Positions 57,969 through 64,000 of a DNA stretch of 64,000 bases are shown in pieces; positions within the stretch are counted from its first letter, which is position 1, and every line of letters starts with the position of its first letter. A model generated the notes under the pieces. The model was not told the DNA's origin and searched no databases. It saw nothing but the letters and a program-made list of their open reading frames with translations. The translations under genes were made by a program, and so were the position numbers. This DNA comes from Solirubrobacterales bacterium (GTDB lineage Bacteria > Actinomycetota > Thermoleophilia > Solirubrobacterales > 70-9), in assembly GCA_035318745.1 (NCBI GenBank), contig DATHEA010000005.1:88090-152089 (forward strand), written 5' to 3'.

Positions 57969-58577
57969 GTCTCCGGGGGAGAGCCCTCCCTCGCGCAGAA
58001 CGGTCCACTCGCCCTCCACGTCGAAGTCGGTGAGGTCGACAACGGTCGACGGTATTCCGGTCAGCCCGCCGCCGTCGATCGCGAGGTCGGCCGCGGTGAC
58101 GATCTCGGCTGGAACGTCCTCGAAGCGAGACGGGGCCCGCGCGCCGCTGAGATTGGCCGAGGTCTGGAACAGCGGGCACATCGCACCGGCCAGCGGTCCG
58201 CCGATCAGGCGGACTCCGAGGCGGGCGGGATCCTCGCGGCAGGCGAGCGGGTAGCGACCTTCGGGATTGGCGACCACCAGCGTCACCGGACCCGGCAAGA
58301 GGGCGGCAAGCGCCAAGCGGGTCCGTGGCCCGAGCCCTTCGACCAGCTCGCGCATCGCCAGCGGCGAGAAGTACATGACCGCCGAGGGCTTGCCGTCGTC
58401 GCGACCCTTGATCTCGTGGATGCGCATGATCGCCGCCGCGTCGAGCGGGTCGCAGGCAAGTCCGTAGAGACCGTCGGCGGGAAAGACGGCGACTCCGCCC
58501 GCGGCGATCGTCCGCTCCAGGGCAGTGCACGCGGCATCGGGACCATCGCGATCTATCGAGACGATCTCACTCACCAT
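57930..58577 (-). CDS. tsaC: L-threonylcarbamoyladenylate synthase (Sua5/YrdC/YwlC family)
   Basis: FPADGLYGLACDP, SAVMYFS and LFQTSANLSG motifs. Positioned next to prmC, as in other actinobacteria. Confidence 0.82.
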   Translation of the reverse strand: MVSEIVSIDRDGPDAACTALERTIAAGGVAVFPADGLYGLACDPLDAAAIMRIHEIKGRDDGKPSAVMYFSPLAMRELVEGLGPRTRLALAALLPGPVTLVVANPEGRYPLACREDPARLGVRLIGGPLAGAMCPLFQTSANLSGARAPSRFEDVPAEIVTAADLAIDGGGLTGIPSTVVDLTDFDVEGEWTVLREGGLSPGDLAARLTAVGESD

Positions 58578-58634
58578 CCACCCCCTGGCGACTTATCGTC
58601 CCCTTTCGGGGGTAACTCGCCAATGCCCCCGCTT

Positions 58635-59453
58635 TCATTGCCGCCCGACCATCACTCGCGGTATCCCCGCCAGGTCGGGACGGGTCTCGACCGTGGCGAA
58701 GCCGGCCTCGAAGAGCAGCTCACCGACAGCCGCGGCCTGCCCGGCGCCGACCTCGAGCGCCAGCGATGACGCCGCCCCCGCAGCAATCGGGATCGCGGCA
58801 CGCAGCACGTCGAGCCCGTCCGGTCCCGCGAGCAGCGCCTCGCGCGGCTCCCACTTGGTCACCTCGGGCTCCAGGCTCCCCCACTCCGACTCGGCGACGT
58901 AAGGCAGATTGGCCACGATCAGGTCGAGCCCACCGGCATCCGGCGGCAGCATCGCCTCGACGAACTCGACCCGATCGGTCAGCTGAAGACGCTCCGCGTT
59001 CGCCCGCGCGACCGCGAGCGCCGCGACGGAGGTGTCAGTGGCGACTACCTCGCAGGTGGGCAGCTCGTCGGCGATCGCCAGCGCGATCGCACCCGAGCCG
59101 GTCCCCATGTCGAGCACGCGTCGGGGGTCCAGCCCCAGCGCCAGCTCGACCAGCAGCTCGGTCTCTGGCCGGGGGATGAGCACCCGCCGATCGACCGCCA
59201 GCTCGATATTGCGGAACCCCTTGCGGCCGAGGATGTAGGCGACCGGCTCGCGCCGCAACCGCCGCCTCACCAGCTCGCCAAAGCGCCTCGCGGCAGTGGC
59301 AGGAATGTCCGTCTCCGGCTCGGCCGCCAGACGTGCGCGGTCCCAGCCGGCGGCCTCACACAACAACAGTTCGGCATCGAGCCTCGGGGTATCGACGCCT
59401 GCCGCTTGCAGAGCGTCCGACGCCGCAGCGAGCGCTTCCCTCACAGGGGCCAA
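58635..59453 (-). CDS. prmC: release factor glutamine N5-methyltransferase
   Basis: SAM motif VLDMGTGSGAIALA and a catalytic NPPY variant IVANLPYV. Immediately downstream of prfA. Confidence 0.85.
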   Translation of the reverse strand: MAPVREALAAASDALQAAGVDTPRLDAELLLCEAAGWDRARLAAEPETDIPATAARRFGELVRRRLRREPVAYILGRKGFRNIELAVDRRVLIPRPETELLVELALGLDPRRVLDMGTGSGAIALAIADELPTCEVVATDTSVAALAVARANAERLQLTDRVEFVEAMLPPDAGGLDLIVANLPYVAESEWGSLEPEVTKWEPREALLAGPDGLDVLRAAIPIAAGAASSLALEVGAGQAAAVGELLFEAGFATVETRPDLAGIPRVMVGRQ

Positions 59454-59474
59454 GTCATGCGCCGGTCACGTGCG

Positions 59475-60551
59475 TCATGCGACCGCTGCTGCTTCAAGGC
59501 GTTGGCGCTTCTCCTCGGCAGCAAGGGCGTCCGTGAATTCGAACAAACCCCCGGCCAGCACCGCTTCGATGTTGTGCGAGGTCAGCTTGATCCGGTGGTC
59601 GGTGACCCGTCCCTGGGGGAAGTTGTAGGTGCGGACCTTCTCGGAGCGCTCGCCACTGCCGACCTGCGCCTTGCGCTCGGCAGCGACCTTCGCCTGCTGC
59701 TCGGCAAGCTCGCGCTCGTACAGCCGGGCGCGCAGAACCCGCATCGCCTTCTCGCGATTCTGCAGCTGCGACTTCTCGTCCTGCATCGAGACGACGATCC
59801 CACTCGGCTTGTGGGTGATCCGCACCGCCGAGTCGGTCGTGTTGACCGACTGGCCCCCCGGCCCCGAGGAGCGGTAGACGTCGATCTGCAGGTCGTTCTG
59901 GTCGACATCGACCTCGACCTCCTCGGCCTCGGGAAGCACCGCGACCGTCGCGGTCGAGGTATGGATCCGGCCCTGAGACTCGGTCTCGGGCACGCGCTGC
60001 ACGCGGTGGGTACCGCCCTCGAACTTGAAGATCGAGTAGGCGCCCTCGCCCTTGATCGCGAAGGTCACCTCCTTGAAACCGCCGACCTCGGCCGCCGACT
60101 GGGAGAGAACCTCGGTGGCGAATCCGCGCTCCTCCGCGTAGCGGGTGAGCATCTTGCAGAGGTCGCCGGCGAAAAGCGCCGCCTCGTCGCCACCGGTGCC
60201 GGCACGGATCTCGACCAGCACGTTCTTGGCATCGTTGGGATCGCGCTCGACCATCGCCAGCCGGATCTCCTCTTCGAGCTCCTCCAGCCTGCCCGGCGCC
60301 TCATCGACCACCTTGCGCAGCTCAGCGTCCTCGCCCTCCTCCAGCAGCTCCCGGGCCCCTTCAAGATCGTCCTTGAGGGTCCGCCAGTCCGCCGCCAGCA
60401 CCCGAGCAGACTGCAGCTCCCGATACTCCCGCCCGACATCCGCATAACGCTCCCGATCCGAGATCACATCGGGGTCCGACATCAGCCCCTCCAGCTCGGA
60501 GAACCTCGCCTCAACCTGCTCGACAAGCGCTTCGATCACGCCGTGAACCAT
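59475..60551 (-). CDS. prfA: peptide chain release factor 1
   Basis: From the ATG at 60551 ([12 protein letters not shown]...). PxT-type tripeptide region, GGQ motif [12 protein letters not shown] and RVTDHRI. The track ORF start at 60620 reads into the upstream palindromic element. Confidence 0.93.
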   Translation of the reverse strand: MVHGVIEALVEQVEARFSELEGLMSDPDVISDRERYADVGREYRELQSARVLAADWRTLKDDLEGARELLEEGEDAELRKVVDEAPGRLEELEEEIRLAMVERDPNDAKNVLVEIRAGTGGDEAALFAGDLCKMLTRYAEERGFATEVLSQSAAEVGGFKEVTFAIKGEGAYSIFKFEGGTHRVQRVPETESQGRIHTSTATVAVLPEAEEVEVDVDQNDLQIDVYRSSGPGGQSVNTTDSAVRITHKPSGIVVSMQDEKSQLQNREKAMRVLRARLYERELAEQQAKVAAERKAQVGSGERSEKVRTYNFPQGRVTDHRIKLTSHNIEAVLAGGLFEFTDALAAEEKRQRLEAAAVA

Positions 60552-60573
60552 AGGCGCCCCTCGCGTGGGTGGC

Positions 60574-60686
60574 GTCGGGTGGGGGTGTCCAAGCGGGGCG
60601 GCGTCCTCTTTTTCGCCCACCGCCCAGCGAGAGACACATGCTCACCTGGCGAAAAACCCAGCCTCGCTTGGACACCCCCACCCGAC
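60574..60686. repeat. long palindromic intergenic element (singleton, Family-2-like architecture)
   Basis: gtcgggtgggggtgtccaagcg (60574-60595) is the exact reverse complement of 60665-60686. The inner stem tttttcgcc/ggcgaaaaa resembles the TTTTTCG/CGAAAAA inner stem of Family 2. Confidence 0.75.
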
Positions 60687-60710
60687 GACAGGACCCGCGC
60701 GCAAAAGCGT

Positions 60711-61718
60711 CTAAGCGACGATCTCAATCGGCGACTCGCCGGCCTCAGCCGGCTTCTCCTCGGCCAAAACCTTCTCCAGCGCCGCAATCGCCACCGCAAG
60801 CTGCTCTTCGTCGGGCTCGCGCGTGGTCAGGTTCTGCAGCATCAGGCCCGGCCACATCACAGCCCGCACCCAGCGTTTGCGCCTGTTTTTGCCAGCCCAC
60901 TTGATCACCTCGTAGGAGAGGCCGGCGATCAGCGGGATGCCGAGGATCCGCGAAGCGACCAGCCAGTACCAGGCGGGCAGCCCGATCGGGGCGAAGACGA
61001 AGATCGCCAGCACCATCACGATCAGCAGGAAGCTGGTGCCGCAGCGCGGGTGCAGGCGCGAGTAGAGCCTGGCCCGGGCCGGGACCAGCTCGTCTTCGGC
61101 CTCGTAACAGGAGATCGTCTTGTGCTCGGCGCCGTGGTACTCGAAGACACGGCGCAGGTCCGGCAGGCGGCTGATCGCGGCGATGTAGCCGATGAAGATC
61201 GCGGTTCTGAGGACCCCCTCGACCAGCCAGAAGAGGAAGGCATTGCCGAGCTGGTCCTTGATCAAGCTGGTCAGCCCGACCGGGACGACGAAGAAGAGCC
61301 CGACCGCCAGCACCATCGAGAAGGCGATCGTCAGCCCCCAGACCCAGCCGCCGATCTCCTCCTTCTCCCCCTCCTCGTCCTCCTCCAGCTGGGCGTTGGC
61401 GGAGATCGCCAGGGCGCGGAACCCGATCTTCAGCGACTCGCCGAGGGCGACGACGCCGCGCAGGACCGGCACCCGCCAGAGGCGGTGACGCTTCGCCCAG
61501 GGCACCAGGGGCTCGGAGCTGAGCTCGACCTGACCCGCCGGATTGCGCACCGCGACCGCCCAGGTCGAGACGCCGCGCATCATCACGCCCTCCAGAACCG
61601 CCTGGCCGCCGACCGGCGCGTCGCGTTTCGCGACCAGCGCGCCGTCGGGCATGCGAAGCGGGTCTGCCCCGTTGGAGGAGACCGACTCAGCCAGCGGAGA
61701 GCCTGTCTCCGCGCTCAT
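60711..61718 (-). CDS. DUF1385 family membrane protein
   Basis: GGQAVLEGVMMRG N-terminal motif, HGAEHK and multiple TM helices. It occupies the usual position between rpmE and prfA. Confidence 0.75.
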   Translation of the reverse strand: MSAETGSPLAESVSSNGADPLRMPDGALVAKRDAPVGGQAVLEGVMMRGVSTWAVAVRNPAGQVELSSEPLVPWAKRHRLWRVPVLRGVVALGESLKIGFRALAISANAQLEEDEEGEKEEIGGWVWGLTIAFSMVLAVGLFFVVPVGLTSLIKDQLGNAFLFWLVEGVLRTAIFIGYIAAISRLPDLRRVFEYHGAEHKTISCYEAEDELVPARARLYSRLHPRCGTSFLLIVMVLAIFVFAPIGLPAWYWLVASRILGIPLIAGLSYEVIKWAGKNRRKRWVRAVMWPGLMLQNLTTREPDEEQLAVAIAALEKVLAEEKPAEAGESPIEIVA

Positions 61719-61721
61719 GGC

Positions 61722-61943
61722 CTACTTCGATGCCTTGGCGTGCTTGGCGGCGCGGCGCTGGAACCGCTCGACCCGCCCACCCGTGTCGACGAGCTTCTGC
61801 TTGCCGGTGTAGAAGGGGTGGCACTCCGAGCAGAGCTCGACGTGCAGATCCTCGACCGTGGAGCGCGTGTAGAACTGGTTGCCGCACGAGCAATGCACGT
61901 GGGCGAGCTTGTAGTCGGGGTGAATTCCTGCCTTCATCGTCAC
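61722..61943 (-). CDS. rpmE: 50S ribosomal protein L31
   Basis: [27 protein letters not shown]...[13 protein letters not shown] (zinc-ribbon type). The start is either 61943 or the ATG 6 nt downstream. Confidence 0.93.
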   Translation of the reverse strand: MTMKAGIHPDYKLAHVHCSCGNQFYTRSTVEDLHVELCSECHPFYTGKQKLVDTGGRVERFQRRAAKHAKASK

Positions 61944-62015
61944 TCAAGTCTAGAGAAGTGCGCAAGCACTCTGTTCGAGGCTTGGGGAATGGCCTCGATC
62001 TGCCGATAGCTGGGC

Positions 62016-63548
62016 ATGGCCACGAGGGAACCGGCGGCTGACGACAGCGCCCTCGCGCACGTCCTGCGCGCCTCCCTCGCGATCCTCTTGCTGGGAGGCA
62101 CGCTGCTGGTCGCCCTTCACTACTGGCTCGGCATCGGCGACAGCCTCCATTCTGCGATCGGCAGCGTCGTCTACGACGCGGTCGTGCTGGGTGCAGGCGT
62201 CGCCTGCCTGGTCAGAGCATCGGCTTTCGGGCCCGAGCGTCGGGCCTGGATCCTGATCGGGATCGCGATCCTCTTCTGGGGCGCCGCCGAGGTCTACTGG
62301 GCGATCTTCATCGAAGGCAACGCGAGCGCCCCCTATCCCTCCCCGGCCGACGTCGGCTACCTCCTCTTCTACCCCTTTGTCTACGCCGGGCTCGCCCTTC
62401 TAGTCCGTGCCAGGGCGCACGAGATGAATTGGCGGCTGTGGATGGACGGCGCCATCGCGGCGCTGGGCACCGCCGCCCTCGGAGCGGCCTTCGTCTTCGA
62501 TTTCGTCGCCGAGAAGACCGAAGGCACGCCGCTGCAAGTCGCGACCACTCTTGCCTACCCCCTGGGCGACATCGCGATGGTCGCGATGGTCGTCGGCGTG
62601 GTCGCGCTGACCGGTTGGCGGCCGGGGCGGACCTGGTCGCTGCTGCTCGCCGGCCTCTCGGCGCTCGTCATCGCCGACATCGCCTACACCCTCCAGTCGA
62701 CCGGGGAAGCGATCCCCGGAGGCAACTGGATCGACCCGGTCTACCTGATCGCCGCGGTCTGCCTCGGTGCCGCCGTCTGGCAGCCGGCGGCTGCCGCGGA
62801 GATCACCGCGCCGGAAAACGACCGGCGGCGGGAGATGATCGTCCCGCCGGTCTTCGCCGGGGTGATGATCGGCCTCTTCGCGATGCAGTACTTCAGCGCC
62901 ACCAGTGGCCTCTCTACCGTCCTCTGGGCAGCGACGATGAGCGCGGTGATCATGCGGCTGGCGATGAGCGACCGCGAGAACAAGGCGCTGCTCGAGCAGG
63001 TGCGGACCGACCCGCTTACCGGGCTCGCCAACCAGGGCCGGATGCAGGTCGATCTGCCGATCGAGGTTGCCCGGGCGACGAAGGAGCACCCGGTGATGCT
63101 GCTGCTTTTCGACCTCAACGGCTTCAAGCACTACAACGACACCTTCGGCCACCCGGCCGGAGACGAACTGCTGAGGAGGCTCGGCGGAGCGCTGCGAGAC
63201 GCGGTCGGCGAGGATGGCACCGCGTACCGCATCGGCGGCGACGAGTTCTGCGTGCTGCTGACCTGTGCGGCGGATCGCTTCGAGGCCGTGAGCCGCGCCG
63301 CGACGAGCGCGCTGACCGCGGTGGGGCCGGGATTCGACGTCAGCTCTGCCCGGGGCGCGGTCGAGGTGCCATCCGAGGAGAAGGAGCCCTCTGCCGCGCT
63401 GCAGCTCGCCGACGTGCGGATGTACGCGCAGAAGGAGTCGCGCCGCCTCACCCACGAGGACATCATGGGGCCGGTGGTGGCCGAGGCCCCGCAGAAGCGG
63501 AAGCCAGACCAGACCTCGGCATTTCGCGGTCCGGCTACGCAGCGCTGA
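62016..63548 (+). CDS. membrane-bound diguanylate cyclase (GGDEF domain)
   Basis: About 8 N-terminal TM helices, then DPLTGLANQG...LLLFDLNGFKHYNDTFGHPAGDELL...YRIGGDEF. Confidence 0.88.
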   Translation: MATREPAADDSALAHVLRASLAILLLGGTLLVALHYWLGIGDSLHSAIGSVVYDAVVLGAGVACLVRASAFGPERRAWILIGIAILFWGAAEVYWAIFIEGNASAPYPSPADVGYLLFYPFVYAGLALLVRARAHEMNWRLWMDGAIAALGTAALGAAFVFDFVAEKTEGTPLQVATTLAYPLGDIAMVAMVVGVVALTGWRPGRTWSLLLAGLSALVIADIAYTLQSTGEAIPGGNWIDPVYLIAAVCLGAAVWQPAAAAEITAPENDRRREMIVPPVFAGVMIGLFAMQYFSATSGLSTVLWAATMSAVIMRLAMSDRENKALLEQVRTDPLTGLANQGRMQVDLPIEVARATKEHPVMLLLFDLNGFKHYNDTFGHPAGDELLRRLGGALRDAVGEDGTAYRIGGDEFCVLLTCAADRFEAVSRAATSALTAVGPGFDVSSARGAVEVPSEEKEPSAALQLADVRMYAQKESRRLTHEDIMGPVVAEAPQKRKPDQTSAFRGPATQR

Positions 63549-64000
63549 GCCCAGCCAGCAGCACGTCCAGCGTGCGTCCGACTTCGGCCCGCATCCGCTC
63601 GGGATCCTCGGCCCGGGCGACCAGCATCGCCGCCTCGTCGAGGGCCCCCATCAGCACGTGGGCAAGTGGCCGGACAGGCTGGTCGGCGATCGCGCCGGCC
63701 TCGATCGCCGCCTGCAGGGTCGCCTCGATAAGTCCGAGCCCGTGCGCGGCGGCGATCTCCCGCCAGCGGTCCCAGCCCAACACCGAGGGCCCATCGAGCA
63801 GGACGATCTGCTGTGCCTCCGGCTCGGTGGCGGCCTGCAGGAACATCTCCGCGCCCGCCCGCATCGCCTCAAGCGGCGACGTGGCTCCCGCGTCGAGAGC
63901 CCCGCCGGCGATGCGCTGCGCGAGCTCGACCTCGATCCGCTCGTAGACGGCCTCGAAGAGGTCGCGCTTGCCGCCGAAGTGGTGGTAGAGCGCCCCGCGG
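63535..64000 (-). CDS. TetR family transcriptional regulator (partial; N-terminus beyond the window edge)
   Basis: The minus-strand frame stays open to the window end and reads ...RGALYHHFGGKRDLFEAVYERIEVELAQRIAG...MRAGAEMFLQ.... LYHHFGGKRDLF is the typical end of the TetR HTH domain. Confidence 0.7.
   Translation of the reverse strand, partial: RGALYHHFGGKRDLFEAVYERIEVELAQRIAGGALDAGATSPLEAMRAGAEMFLQAATEPEAQQIVLLDGPSVLGWDRWREIAAAHGLGLIEATLQAAIEAGAIADQPVRPLAHVLMGALDEAAMLVARAEDPERMRAEVGRTLDVLLAGLSAA

Overview
This is a 64-kb stretch of a very high-G+C chromosome, roughly 65-75% by eye. It is densely packed with housekeeping genes, mostly on the minus strand. Gene order matches classical actinobacterial blocks: rpmE-prfA-prmC-tsaC...glyA...wecA-atpIBEFHAGDC, secA-hpf-comF, and smpB...ftsX-ftsE. 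I therefore read it as an actinobacterium-like (possibly deep-branching) genome, but I cannot name the taxon. All calls come from reading the ORF translations for family signatures and reading the DNA by eye. No database search, HMM or folding program was run.

Supported content:
- About 65 CDS. These include the complete F1Fo ATP synthase operon, secA, prfA, prfB, glyA, tkt, nadA/nadC, fpg, ahcY, a nucleotide-sugar/LCP cell-envelope cluster, ftsEX and smpB-rnr.
- One tmRNA gene (ssrA).
- The classical prfB +1 frameshift site.
- I found no rRNA, tRNA, CRISPR array, transposase or integrase.

Most interesting observations:
1. At least 11 long (50-150 nt), strictly intergenic hairpin-forming elements fall into at least 3 sequence families. 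Arm changes between copies are compensated within each copy. Most of them sit within 0-13 nt of a stop codon.
   - The six Family-1 copies occur as three nearest-neighbour pairs, each bracketing one or two genes (hpf, nadC, and a two-gene unit).
   - The two Family-3 copies each enclose three C-GNA-G triloop mini-hairpins. One copy carries three exact GCGAAGC heptamers.
2. A 628-aa fusion joins an unknown N-terminal domain carrying an RNxxxH (HEPN-like) motif to a PduX-like GHMP kinase. The gene has visibly lower G+C. It lies inside a ~6.3-kb insertion that interrupts the conserved glyA-wecA-atp synteny.
3. Lesser observations are a lysyl-oxidase-like secreted protein, an ECF sigma factor translationally coupled to an Ogt-type methyltransferase instead of an anti-sigma factor, and an AtpA with a C-terminal extension.

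The many long ORFs antisense to real genes in the track are treated as high-GC shadow ORFs.
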